Assembly (NCBI RefSeq): GCF_009914755.1
Contig: NC_060943.1
Strand: one strand, 5' to 3'
DNA: 64,000 bases
Origin: the human T2T-CHM13v2.0 reference genome, Homo sapiens
Shown here piece by piece: positions 24,370 to 44,179 of this stretch. The notes under the pieces were generated by a model. It had not been told where the DNA came from, searched no databases, and saw only the letters and a list, made by a program, of their open reading frames with translations. How positions within the stretch are numbered: the stretch's first letter is position 1; each line of letters begins with the position of its first letter. The translations under genes and the position numbers were made by a program.

Positions 24370-25654
24370 TGAATAGTTGGGATTACAGGAGCCAACCACC
24401 ATGCCCGGCTAATTTTTGTATTTTTACTAGAGACAAGGTTTCACCATGTTGGCCAGGGTGATCTTGAACTCCTGACCTCAAGTGATCCATCTGCCTCCGC
24501 CTCCGAAAGTGCTGGGGTTACAGGTGGGAACCACTGCGCCCAGCCCTAGAATTATCAGATTTAAACAGACAGAAAATAGAATGGTGGGTGCCAGGGGCTG
24601 GGGGAAGGAGAATGGGAAGTGTGTTTAATGGGGACAGTTTCAGTTTGGAAAGATGAGAAAGTTCTAAAGATGGATGATGGTGACAGTTGCGCAACAGTGT
24701 GAATGGGCTGGACATAGTGGCTCACACCTATAATCCCAGGACTTTGGGAGGCTGAAGGGGGAGGATCACTTGAGCCCAGGAGTGTGAGACCAGCTTGGGC
24801 AACATAGGGAGATCCTATCCCCAACAAATACAAGAAAAAACAAACAAACAAAAAAATGATGCAAATGTACTTAATGCCACTGAATTACATACTCAAACAT
24901 GGATAAGATGGTTAATTTTTTTTTTTTTTTTTTTGAGACGGAGTCTTGCTTTGTCATCCAGGTTGGAGTGCAGTGATGCGATCTTGGCTCACTGCAACCT
25001 CTGCCTCCTGGGTTCAAGCGATTCTCCTGCCTCAGCCTCCTGAGTAGCTGGGATTACAGGTGTGTGCCACCATGCCTGGCTAATTTATATTTTTAGTAGA
25101 GATGGGGTTTTGCCATGTTGGCCAGGCTGGTCTTGAACTCCCAATCTCCAGTGATCCACCCGCCTCAGCCTCCCAAAGTGCTGGGATTACAGGCTTAAGC
25201 CAACACGCCCGGCCAGATGCCAAATTTTATGTTCTATCTATGTTACCACAATATTGTAAATGGCGAAAAAATTTGAGAGGCTGAGGCAGGAGGATCGCTT
25301 GAGGCCAGGAGTTCAAGACCAGCCTGGGCAACATAGCAAGACTCTATCTCTGCAAAAAATTAAAAAGTTAGCCAGGTGTGGTGGAGTGCGCCTATAGTTC
25401 TAACTACTTGGGACTATACTTGGCTGAGATGAAAAGATTGCTTGAGCCCGGGAGTTTGAAGTTACATTGAGCTATGACAGCACTGCTGCACTCCAGCCTG
25501 GGTGACGGAGTGAGACCCTATCTTTAAAAAAAAAAACAAAAAAACAAAACAAAACAAAAAAGCCAGGCGCGGTGGCTCACGATTGTAACCCCAGGACTTT
25601 GGGAGGCCAAGGCAGGCCAATCACAAGGTTAGGAGATCGAGACCATCCTGGCTA

Positions 25655-25871
<217 letters not shown>

Positions 25872-26509
25872 TCAAACAAACTAGAGCAGAACCAAAGCCC
25901 ACTCCGCCCCAACAGAAAAGCAGGCAGTGACTTCAAAACCTGGGATGGCTCCTTCCAGTCTAAGGAATTGAAGGTTAGACTTGGAATGCTAGCATAACAA
26001 GAAGTAATAATAAAATTGATGATACTTATTATTGTTATCCCACTGGGGAATGGGGCCAACTGACACTAAAATTTACACAAAAGAACTAAAGTCCATTGAT
26101 AAGCTAAGACAATTCTACAAAACAAGAGCACAGATGGAGTAGTTGGTCTGTGAGAGAGTAAAACATATTTCAAAGCTACAACCATGAGAACAGCAGGGCA
26201 TTTTTGCATTAATAAATGGACCAATGGGACAGAGAAGACAGGCTCCAATCTCTGGGCACTGAGGGTAAGACAGAGGGGGTTTCCCCAAGCCAGTGGGAGA
26301 CGGTGGATTCTGTGGTGTGGTTTTAGGAGAAGCAGCTTACTTTACATGAGAAGAGCCAAGCTGGATCTCTATCTCATAGCATACACAAGAAAGAAACTGT
26401 GAAGAATTAAGATGAAGGTACAACTACAAAGCTAAAGGGAGATAATGTAGCAGACTATCAGGGACTCAGGAAAGGGAAAGATTCATTCATTCATTCATTC
26501 ATCCAGTGA

Positions 26510-26830
<321 letters not shown>

Positions 26831-27112
26831 TAGTAGAGATGGGGTTTCACTATGTTGGCAAGGCTGGTCTTGAACTCCTGGCCAATTTTTGTATTTTTTG
26901 TAGAGATGGGGGTCTTACTATGTTACCTAGGCTGGCCTGGAACTCCTGGGCTCAAAGCAATTTTCCCACCAAAGTGTTGAGATTACAGGTGTGAGTCAAT
27001 GTGCCCAGTTAAGATTCTTTTAAAAATTCTTCCAAGCACAATCCACATATGCAAAATATAATGGTTTTACCTATATTCAAAATGAAGACTTCTGGCCAGG
27101 CATGGTGGCTCA

Positions 27113-28600
<1,488 letters not shown>

Positions 28601-28923
28601 TTGACTCTGGAAGATACCAGCAACTTCTAAAAACTGCTCAGAGAAAAAATGGAGAAAGGCTACAAGTAATTGACTTACAGAGGAACCTTATTAGGCATAC
28701 ACAGAGAAGCCCTATCTCTCACTGCCTATCAGAGCTATGCCAATGAAAACAATAAGGAGGGCTGAATTCCGAGGCTCGCATTTATAATCCCAGGGCTTTG
28801 GGAGGCTGAGGTGGATCACTTCAGCCCTGGAGTTCGAGACCAACCTGAACAACAGAGCAAGACCCCATCTCTACAAAAAATTACCTGAATGGGATGGCAC
28901 TTGCCTTTAGTCCTAGCTACTCA

Positions 28924-29484
<561 letters not shown>

Positions 29485-29549
29485 TCAGGAGTTGGAGACG
29501 AGCCTGACCAACATGGAGAAACCCCGTCTCTGCTAAAACTACAAAATTA

Positions 29550-29696
<147 letters not shown>

Positions 29697-29993
29697 TCAA
29701 AAAAAAAGAAGAAAAATTAGAAAGACAGATAAAGCCATATGTTGGTGAGGATATGAGAAAATGGACAACTTGAACCGGAGCACGGTGTTAGGAGTGCGGA
29801 TAGGGACAGCCTTTTTTGGAAAGGATCAGACAGGACTTGGAGTGAAGTTGCAAATCCTCTAGGAATGGGCAGTCCCACAGAAGGGGTCGTGTGAAGATGA
29901 CTCCAGCATTGTTCGTGGTGGCCGGAAATTAGAAGTAACCAGATACCTACTGTGAAGGGATTAGAGAAGAGGGTAGGTGGGTGGGGTGGCTCA

Positions 29994-30557
<564 letters not shown>

Positions 30558-30589
30558 TTACATTTTTAAATGGATGGGAAAGAAGAATT

Positions 30590-31060
30590 TAATTTGGGAC
30601 TCATGAAAAGTATGTGAAATAGAAATTTCAGGGTCCTGCAAATAAAGTTTTATTGGAACGCAGCCACGTTCGTTCATTTCCATATTGTCTACGGCTGCTT
30701 TTGCAACTGCAAAATGAAGGCCCTGAAGCACCAAATTCAAAAAGGTATACATTAAATATGTGCATTTTTTTGCATATTAAGTATACGTCAATAAAATCAG
30801 AAAAAGCTGGGCACGGTGGCACACGCCTGCAATCCCAGCTATTTAGGAGGCCGACGTGGAAGGATCACTTCAGTCCCCGAGTTCGAAACCAGCCTGGGCA
30901 ACATAGTGAGACCTCATCTGGCAACATAGTGAGACCTCATCTCAATAAAAAGGATGAAAGGAATAAAAATAAAGTGGGGAGGAAAAAAGAACTGAGGCAG
31001 AGTTGAATCAATGCAATAGAGACCGTATGACCTGCAAAAGTGAAAATATTTACTGACCCT
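30590..31060. mobile_element. MER58-like element in the opposite orientation, interrupted by an Alu monomer
   Basis: aataaagttttattggaacgcagccacg...tattgtctacggctgcttt...aaaatatttact. Confidence 0.65.
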
Positions 31061-31168
31061 TAGCATTGAAGGTTGAAGGTGGAGGCTGAAGGTGAAAAAA
31101 TAATAAGTAATACAAGAGAAGTGGTCTGCACAGGCTAACGTGGATGGTTGTCAGGAGCTGAGGAATGA

Positions 31169-31507
<339 letters not shown>

Positions 31508-32461
31508 TAAATTCTTTTTTTTTTTTTTTTTAATTTAGGCTGGGTGCGGTAGCTCATTCCAGTTTGTTCAACCCCTTGATAAGCCCGAGCCTTTGCTTAT
31601 CTCAGGGCCTTTGTCCCTGCTGTGCTCCTCCCTGGAACATTGTTTTTTCCACCTCTTCTGGTGACTTCTTTCATGTCTTCATTCAAAGATGCTCCTTGGA
31701 GGGTGGGTGCCGTGGCTCATGCCTGTAATCCCAGCACTTTGGGAGGCCGAGGCGGGCAGACCACAAGGTTAGGAGTTCAAGACCAGCCTGGCCAACATAG
31801 TGAAACCCCGTCTCTACTAAAAGTACAAGAAAATTAGCTGGGTGTGGTGGTGGGTGCCTGTAATCCCAGCTACTTGGAAGGTGGAGGCAAGGAGAATCGT
31901 TTGAACCCAGGAGGTGGAGGTTGCAGTGAGCGGAGATAGCGCCATTGCACACCAGCCTGGGTGGCAGTGCAAGACTCCATCTCAAAAAAAAAAAAAAATG
32001 CTCCTTTGAGAGGCTATAGGGCCAAGAGCTGACCTTGGGCACCAAGTATCAACCATGCCTGGTACCATGATGAACACTTGACATGAATTGATTCTCTCCC
32101 CCCCCCACCCCCGCCCACAAGATTGGTCTTGCTCAGGCTGGAGTACAGTGGCGTGGTCACAACTCACTGTAGCCTCGACCCCCTGGGCTCAAGCAGTCCT
32201 CCTGTTTTGGCCTCCGAAAGCTCCAGGATTACAGGCATAAGCCACTGCGCCTGGCTGAATTGACATATTAAAGCCTCACATTATTCCAGTGACACTGTGC
32301 CATCAGGACCCCCGATTTGCAAATGAGGAAACTGAGGCATAGAGAGATTTCATCGCTTGCTCAAAGGCCGAGAAGGTTGGATCACCTGAGGTCAGGAGTT
32401 TGAGACCAGCCTGACCAACATGGTGAAACCCCATCTCTACTAAAAATACAAAAATTAGTCA

Positions 32462-32776
<315 letters not shown>

Positions 32777-33578
32777 CTATGTCTGTTTGTCCTGCAGGCA
32801 GAAGGCCTCTCAGCTGCTCTGGGAGGCACGTCTGGAATGGTGGTTGCCTCTCAGAGATTCCGAGGCTGGGCCAGGCGGAGCCTCTGGCAGGGGGCCAGAA
32901 CCTCAGGACCTGGTGTTTGGGATAGACACAGAACAGGCGGGTGGTGTCCAGAGCTGGCCAGGAACAACACGGGCCGGCGAGAAAACACAGCTGGGTCCCT
33001 GCCCTCCAGCCTGTGCCCTCCAGTCTGTTGGTAGGGGCTCTGGCCACCTGACATTTGAGGCTGGGATGAGAACTTGGGCCCTACCTTCGAGCCCTGCTGC
33101 AGATTCAAGCTGTCCTGGTTATTTATTTCTTTTTTCTTTTCTTTTCTTTTTTTTTGAGATGGAGTCTCACTGTCATCCAGGCTAGAGTGCAGTGGTGCGA
33201 CCTCGGCCCAATGCAACCTCCGCCTCCTAGGTTCAAGCAATTCTCCTCCCTTAGCCTAGCTAGGACTACAGGCGTGTGCCAACACGCCCAGCTAATTTTT
33301 GTATTTTTAGTAGTGACAGGGTTTCGCCATATTGGCCAGGCTGGTCTTGAACCCCTGAGCTCAGGTTATCCACCCACCTCGGCCTCCCAAAGTGCTAGGA
33401 TTACAGGCCTGATGTTCTGGGTTTGGATACTGGCTCAGTTGAGCCACTTCCTGGCTGTGTGACACAGGACAAATGAATCTCCTCCCTAAGCCTCAGTTTC
33501 CCCAGGTATGAACAGGTTGACCAGAACATTATCAGCAGAAGCAGCAACCAGTACTTAACCGTGTGCATTAATTCATAA

Positions 33579-34354
<776 letters not shown>

Positions 34355-34399
34355 TGAGTCATTTGGGTGGCTTCTCCCAGGGACCTCAGGACAACCCAG

Positions 34400-35195
<796 letters not shown>

Positions 35196-35361
35196 TAAAC
35201 AGGGAGGTTTCTGCCTGGTAAACCAACAGCCTTGGGGAACTTTCCCCCAAATACCTCCCACTTTCTGGATACTGACAAAGTGGCAGTCACCTAATTTCTC
35301 TGCATGGTTGCTACAGCCCTGAGGGTTGGCTGCACAATTCTCCTCCTTTTGTGGATGATAA

Positions 35362-37092
<1,731 letters not shown>

Positions 37093-37174
37093 TCAGGGTG
37101 AAGACTGATGCCTGGGGAGAGTTGGGGTTTATTTGCCGAAGAGATGGGAGCCCACCTGGTACTCAACCGCGTCT

Positions 37175-37440
37175 GCTCTCAGACCCTCCAGAGCAGGGCT
37201 ATGCCTCCCCTTCAGACTCCCGGCGCTAGGCTATGTCGCCTCTCAAATCCCCCAGGACAGGGCTCTATCCCTCGGCTTAGACTACCCCCTTTTTCCGGTA
37301 AGACTCTGCCTCCCCCTTCAGACCCTCCCAGGGCAGGACTCTGCCTCCTCCCTCAGACCTCTAATTGTTGGGCTGTGTCCCACCCTCAAAGTCCCCAGGG
37401 CAAGGTCCCCAGCCCCCTCAGGCCTCCAGAACTGAAGCTC
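37175..37440. repeat. Degenerate ~33-bp tandem repeat (TCAGACCCTCCCAGGGCAGGGCTCTGCCTCCCC-like)
   Basis: About 8 diverged units in the short intron after the KANK2 ATG exon. Confidence 0.65.
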
Positions 37441-37475
37441 CCCGGGGCAGGGCCCTCTTCCCTGAGTCCCCTGAC

Positions 37476-37512
37476 CTGGGAAGGGAGCAGGCACGTGCAG
37501 GACCTGGGCCAT
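37476..37512 (-). CDS. KANK2: KANK2 first coding segment (MAQVLHVPAPFP); full exon 37476-37591
   Basis: aagATGG start context; donor CCAG|gtcagg; phase 1 joins GG ACC of the next exon. Confidence 0.94.
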
Positions 37513-38169
37513 CTTCTTTTCTACAGATGCTCCTTGGAAGTCACTTGAGGGACTGCGAGTCAGACTGCCTGCAGCACCGGCTGAGGCTTACCTGGGGAAA
37601 GAGAACCACGGCACCGGGAGTTAGGAGTCTGTAGGGGGAGGGGAGGAGATGAGGCCAGCCCCCTCCACAGCTGGTTCACCCAGCCCCCCAACCCAGGTCT
37701 GGGACCCACTCATAGACGCACACCCAGCCTGGCTGCGGAAGGGCCCCCCCCGACCCCCTCCCCCCCGCAGGTCTGGAACAAAGAAACCAAACCTCACTGC
37801 CTGCTTGCACATCTGTCCAGGCCCTGGACAGGCTCCAGCTGTTCCCATAGCCCAGCCTCCACATAGCCCTGGGGCTGGGGGGCCCCAAGCCCAACAGGCC
37901 CCACCCTTCCTGCACCCCCTCCCCTCAGCCCAGGCCCGGAGCTGGCCACAGGGAAGGATGGGGGTTGAGGCGCTAAGGGGTTGGGGAAGAAGGGAACCTC
38001 GTCTTCCTGCAAGGATCTGAGGAGACAGAGACGCAGGGGGACAAAGAGAGGCAAAGCATGGCGAAGGGGACCCCCAGTGACCCCAAAGCTGAGAGCTGGG
38101 TCAGGCCTGGACTGGGTCGGGGGGAAGGGGTAGGGAAAGTTGGGGAGGCAGCTAGGAGTGAAGCCTTTC

Positions 38170-38206
38170 CCCTTTATGGAAACAATTTTCTCTAAAAATA
38201 AACAGT
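38170..38206. promoter_or_regulatory. Candidate intronic enhancer core (MEF2, FOX, CArG-like, NFAT motifs)
   Basis: CCCTTTATGG (CArG with one mismatch), TGGAAA, CTAAAAATAA at 38192-38201 and overlapping ATAAACA, in a short AT-rich island. Confidence 0.35.
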
Positions 38207-38622
38207 TTCACTGCCGGGCTACACAGAACTTCCTGCCCGCCTAGGATGCGTCCGGGCCCAGGGGCGCAGTAGGGATAGAGGGCCGGGTGGAGGCCCAGGA
38301 AGTCCTGGGGGTGGAGGGGAGGAAGTAAGAGGGGGCGCCTGGAGGCTGCAAAAGGGAGGGACAGTCAGAGCCTCTCACTAAACCCCCCTCAGCCTTGGAG
38401 GCCGGCCAGGGCTCTTTTGTCCCCAATATAACCCATCTGAACTTGGCTGGTCCTTTCTGTTATCTGACCTCCAGCCATCATGCTGCAGAGGCCCCAGCCC
38501 ATCCCACCATCAGAGTAAATCCTTTCTGGCCTTTGAGTGCTGGGGCCGGCAGGTACCTTGGGAGGATGGGCCAGGTAGGGCACCTGCTGGGCATGAAGGC
38601 AGGGCTGGGGCTCCAGGGGCAC

Positions 38623-38821
38623 CTGAGCTTGTCCTTGTTCTCCCGTCCTGTCTTGCTTTGTCTCTCTCCAAGTCTCTCTGTGTCTCTCCACGTCTCTCTG
38701 TGTCTCTCCACGTCTCTGTCTCTCTGCGTCTCTCTCCACGTCTCTGTCCTTCTGCGTCTCTCTCCGTGTCTCTCTCCCTGTCTTTCCACGTCTCTGTCTT
38801 CGCTTCTCTGTCTTTCAACAC
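38623..38821 (-). other. KANK2: KANK2 non-coding 5' UTR exon (199 nt), mostly a GA-rich repeat
   Basis: gtgttccag|GTG ... CTCAG|gtgccc; no ATG. Confidence 0.7.
38650..38815. repeat. TC/GA-rich repeat (TGTCTCTCCACGTCTCTC-like units)
   Basis: Directly visible. Confidence 0.85.
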
Positions 38822-39029
38822 CTGGAACACATGGTCACCAATTGCAGGAAATTCCGTTTTCCATTTGCCTGGAGGCTCACCCCTGAGCAACAGAAAGTTG
38901 ATTGAAAATATTTTCTGGCCACCAAAGAGAGATGGAGAAGCAGGGAGCAAGCGGGATTGGAGCAGGATTGGAATAGCCGAGCGGGGTGGGCTGGGGGTGG
39001 GGGAAGTGAGGGTGCTGCTGGGTAAATAG

Positions 39030-39500
<471 letters not shown>

Positions 39501-40485
39501 TGAACATGAACCTAAGCCTGGTGGATCCCCCCACTGCCCACCAAGCCACCACCCTCAGACTCCACATCAGATATCTCTACCCGTTTCCCAGATACGGAGA
39601 CTGAGGTCTGAGGGTCCTCAGTCATCTCACCGCCCTCGATGAGGACCAGCACGTCCCGAGTAAGGGGAAGAGAAAGGAGACGAGGGGGTGTGGTGGGGGA
39701 GATGGATGTCTGTGGCTGAGACCCTTCTCTCGCCATGGGACCCCTGGGGAATGGGGAAGGGGTGACAGGATAAGACAGAGATGGAGAGACTGGAGCCTAT
39801 AAGAGGGGACAGGTAGGGAGCGCAGGGAAGGGGCGCGGGTCTCCCCAACCCACCACCCAAGACCGGCCTGCACATCGCGGAGGTCGGTGGTGGTGGTGGG
39901 GGGGGGTCTTCCCGCCCCAAACTCGGGGTGGGGGGAGGCGAGAAGGACCCCGCCCCGTGCAGAGAGGGGGCGGGGCCTGTGGGATCCCGGGCTAATGGCA
40001 AACAGCTGCCGCTCCCCACGCCGGCCCAGCCGCCAAGCCCAGGCCCAGCCCGGCCGGACGCCCGGCCGCCTTCCCGCCGTCTGGGGCATGGCCGCGGAGG
40101 AGGGCGAGGGGGGACAGTGCGGGGAGAGGGCAGAGCCGGGGAGGAACAGAGGCAGAAAGTGGGACAGAGACAGGGGAGAGCGGGCAGAGGGGAGCCAAGA
40201 CAGGAGAAACGGGCAGGGCACGAGGAATCGATGGGGGGTACTGGGAGGAATCGATGGGGGTATGGGGTCAAAGACGAGGAGGGGGCAGGGACGCGGGGAC
40301 AGACACTCCAAGTCTGGAAAGTTTGGGCACAGAAGGTGGAGTTGGAGGCAGCGGCTCGTTGAGACCAGCGAGGTCGTGTCCCAGGGTTGGAGGCGGGGGG
40401 TAGGGTAGTAGGTGTGTGTGGAGGGGGTGCACACTCGATCCCCGAACCAGACTTGAACCCCTACCCAGCCCCGGGTCCCACTCGC

Positions 40486-40570
40486 CTTGCGCGCTCCGGC
40501 CGCTGCCTTCCCTGGGTCCCGCCGCCCGAGCGTCTTCGCGCGCGCCGCAGCCTGGGCGCCCGGCCCTCGG
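40486..40570 (-). other. KANK2: KANK2 candidate non-coding first exon with GC donor; 5' end approximate
   Basis: AAG|GCGAGT matches the donor consensus except GC; inside the CpG island, downstream of GC boxes. Confidence 0.6.
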
Positions 40571-40707
40571 AGGTGGCTCCGCCCGCACCACGCCCCCTCC
40601 GGCTGGTCCCGCCCCCCCAGCCGGCACCGCCCCCTCCAGCCGCCCGGGCGCCCCGGCCGCGGTGGGGGGTGGGGATGGAGAGACGCTGGTTGGAGACTGG
40701 ATCTCAC

Positions 40708-40900
40708 CTGGACAGCAGGTGTGTGTGCGCGCCGGGGTGTCCGGCCTCGTCCTTCCTTCCTCCCTAAGTCCCCGAGGCAGGGTCCTCCCACTGCCGGCCT
40801 CCCCCCCACCGCCTGCTGTCCCTGGGCCGCTGCGGGGGGCGGAACGGCTCGGCGGCGGGAGGGGGTGGAGCTGGCCGGGGCCCAGCTCGGGGAGGGCGCG
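40708..40900 (-). other. KANK2: KANK2 candidate alternative non-coding first exon; 5' end approximate
   Basis: Strong donor CCAG|gtgaga within the CpG island. Confidence 0.5.
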
Positions 40901-41680
40901 CGGGGCGGGCGCGGCAGCGGGAGGTCACCCCTCCCCCAGGCGGCCCAGGGCTGGAAGCGGCCCAGCGCAGTCCTGGCACACGGTGGCGTGACCGCCGCGC
41001 GAGAAGGGAGGCTGCAGAGTCCTGGGCGCCGGCGCCAGCCAGACCTGCATTCCCATCCCAGACCCACCAAACTTTTGCTGCTCTGTGCCTCAGTTTATTC
41101 ATCTGTAAAATGGAGATGATCATGTTAGCTACCTGATAGGAGCGTTGAGAAGATTCACTGACCATTAGGAAGGGGCCTAACCATCAGGAAGGAGGCCCTT
41201 CGGGTTAAAAACTCTCATAAATGGAGTGGCCTACTTTTGCAGAGATCTTTCTGGGAGCCCTTTTAGTACACAGCCAGCCACTCAGCAAGGGCTTAATAAA
41301 TATTATTAAGCCGGCGAGGTGGCTCACACCTGTAATCTCAGTGCTTAGGGAGGCCAAGGCAAGAGGACTGCTTGAACTCAGGAGTTCGAGACCAGCCTGG
41401 GCAACATAGCAAGACCCTGTCTATGCAAAAAAATTTTTAAGTGAAAAAAAATTAGGCCAGGCGCAGTGGCTCATGCCTGTAATCGTAGCACTTTGGGAGG
41501 CCAAGGTGGGCGGATTATTTGAGCCAAGGAGTTGGAGACCAGCTTTGGCAATATGGTAAGACGCCATCTCTACAAAAAACAAAATACAAAAAACCACCTG
41601 GGGCCGAGAAATGGCTCATGCCTGTAATCCCAGCACTTTGGGAGTCCGAGGTGGGTGGATCATCTGAGGTCAGGAGTTCA

Positions 41681-41878
<198 letters not shown>

Positions 41879-42497
41879 CTAAAAAAAAAAAAAAGAAAAA
41901 GAAAAAAAAGCCAGGCACAGTGGCATGTGCCTATAATCTCTGCTACTCAGGAGGCTTGAGCCCCGGAGTTTGAGGCTGCAGTGAGCTATGACTGTGACAC
42001 TGCATTCCAGCCTGGGGGACTGAGTGAGAGCGTCTGTTAAAAACAAACAAACAAAAACCAGGTATTGTTATTGCAGGTAAGCATGTGACATTATTTGTGT
42101 GTTGCCTTCCCTACTAGAACATCAGCTCCACAAGGGCAGGAATTTTTGCCTGTTGTCACCACGATGTCCCTGGCACCCAGTATGTTCTTGGTGTCCCCAT
42201 TGATGATGCAGGGATGTGTGGATATGGGGCAGTGGACTGTGAGCATGTGATGAGCATGTGACCCAGCCCCTAGTGACCGCACCACATGGCACAGGTTGCT
42301 TATAAAAACCATTTTAAATTAAAAAAGGGAGGAAGCATCAGTGCACACAGATGGGGACACAGGGGCAGAGGGCCCAGCCCCAAGTACAGTGTGGTCACCC
42401 CACAGCCCAGTGGGCACCAGGGCAGACTCCCCTCGCAGCACAGACAGCTGAGGCCCGGGTGCTGGTTCCTCTAGGTACAGCTTTGGTCCTTGTGGGC

Positions 42498-42540
42498 TCA
42501 GAGGTCTGCCTTTCGGAAACTTGCTCTGTTCAAGGAGTTC
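42498..42540 (-). CDS. DOCK6: DOCK6 last coding exon (NSLNRASFRKADL*)
   Basis: ctttttccag|G, phase 2; TGA at 42498-42500. Confidence 0.94.
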
Positions 42541-43308
42541 CTGGAAAAAGAATGAGGGTGGGTCAGCATGGCCATGGGGCCCCCAACTCCATAGACCTCC
42601 CAGCCCACATCCTCTTCCTCCTCCTCCTCGTCTTCCTCCAAGGATCCTTCTGGGATCTCTCCTGTCCCTGATCTGGCTGTGGGATTCTCCGATTCTCTCT
42701 TGCAGTCCACCACGGAAGGTATGAATCATCCCCATTTTACAGATGTAGAAACTGAGGCTCAGAAAGATGAATTCATGTATCTGGGAAATGACTGCTCAGA
42801 GCCTGCCCTGCCTTTGTACATCTGGATGACATATTCAGATGCTTATGCAAAATTGAAGCCACCGCAGCCAGGCGTGGTGGTGGCTCATGCTGTAATTCCA
42901 GCACTTTAGGAGGGCAAAGCGGATGGATCACCTGAGATCAGGAGTTCGAGACCAGTCTGGCCAACATGGTGAAACCCTGTCTCTACTAAAAATACAAAAC
43001 ATTAGCCAGGCGTGGTGGCAGATGCCTGTAATCCCAGTTACTCAGGAGGCTGAGGCAGGAGACTCGCTTGAATCTGGGAGGCGGAGGTTGCAGTGAGCCA
43101 AGACTGTGCCAACTGCACTCCAGCCTGGGCAACAGAGGGAGAGTCTCTCAAAAAAAAAAACAAAAAAAAAACCGGAAACAAAACAAAGTCCAAGCTACCA
43201 GCAAACATGTTGCTGTGTATGTGTACAACAGCCCCCATCCTGTACCTGTCCTGGTCTGCCTCTGCATCCCCTCTCTAGTCTCTAGGATGGGGGCACTAGG
43301 TCAGGCAC

Positions 43309-43470
43309 CTGAGGCCGGGTGGGGTGGGTGCCATCAGCTGGGGCAGGCGCTGGGTAAGCAGGGGCTGCAGAGCCTCCCGCAGGCGGCAGTAGTTGCGCTC
43401 CAGCTCACGGTGGTACTCCTTCTGGTCCGGCCCAATCAGGGCCTTATTTTTCCGCAGCGCATCCTCACAT
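43309..43470 (-). CDS. DOCK6: DOCK6 exon 47 ([24 protein letters not shown]...PPGL)
   Basis: gccctcag|A ... AG|gtgcct; 162 nt. Confidence 0.95.
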
Positions 43471-43716
43471 CTGAGGGCCAGAGGGTGGGAGATGCTCAGA
43501 GACTCGCACACGGGACTGAAAGCAAGACTAGGGGTGGGGGCACCCATAAGGCGGGACCAGGCCTGCAGAAAGACCCGCAATAGGAGGTCAGGTTGGGAGA
43601 GTGGACTTAATGGGAATCGGGCAGATGGGGGAGCCATGCAGAGATCAGATGGGCAGAGAGCAGGCCTATGCAGGTTAGGCAGACACGAGACCCCTCCTGG
43701 GGGGTTTTGCGCCTAC

Positions 43717-43823
43717 TTCTTGCAGAAGTCCTTGAAGCAGAGCCGCAATTTGTTGTGATGCCGGAAGAGCTTGGGGTCTTCCGGGATCTCTGCTAAAAAC
43801 ACCTGGGCCACCTCCAGGGGACC
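43717..43823 (-). CDS. DOCK6: DOCK6 exon 46 ([10 protein letters not shown]...DFCK)
   Basis: ccccacag|GGT ... AA|gtaggc; 107 nt. Confidence 0.95.
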
Positions 43824-43909
43824 CTGTGGGGTGAGAGGGACTGGTGAGCCAGCCTGCATGGCACCTGGAGTCCCCCGTGCGGCTTGCATCCCCCTTCCAC
43901 CAGCCGTGC

Positions 43910-44053
43910 CTGGTTCACGGTGGGCCCTACAGAGCCCTGAAGCACCATCTGTAGCATCTTAGCATCTGGTGGGTCCTGCTCGGTGGCAAAGGCCAGCTCC
44001 CGTGTCTTCTTCTGCATGTCCTCGATGGCCACCTCCACTGGCGTCAGCACCGT
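43910..44053 (-). CDS. DOCK6: DOCK6 exon 45 ([13 protein letters not shown]...[11 protein letters not shown]), GC donor
   Basis: ccccacag|ACG ... CAG|gcacgg; 144 nt; this boundary gives the conserved VNQG motif. Confidence 0.93.
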
Positions 44054-44179
44054 CTGTGGGGTAAGGGGAGGGGTGTGTACTCGCTGGGGCCTGAGGAGGT
44101 CCTGATCGAAGCCAGTCGGGGGCAGCTCAGACCCCGCTGGGAGTGAGAGGGGTCCAAGAACCCAGGCAATGAACAGAAT

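Larger units (their letters stand above)
39830..41050. promoter_or_regulatory. KANK2: CpG island / KANK2 promoter
   Basis: Very high GC and CpG density, several GGGCGG/CCGCCC boxes, no Alus, upstream of KANK2 exons. Confidence 0.9.

Noticed and set aside
38623-38821. N-terminal extension of KANK2 through the GA-rich exon
   Set aside because: No ATG, and the main frame hits TAA right after splicing to 37591.
39622-41070. 482-aa minus-strand ORF and overlapping ORFs
   Set aside because: Stop-poor CpG island sequence, non-ATG start, no recognisable domain.
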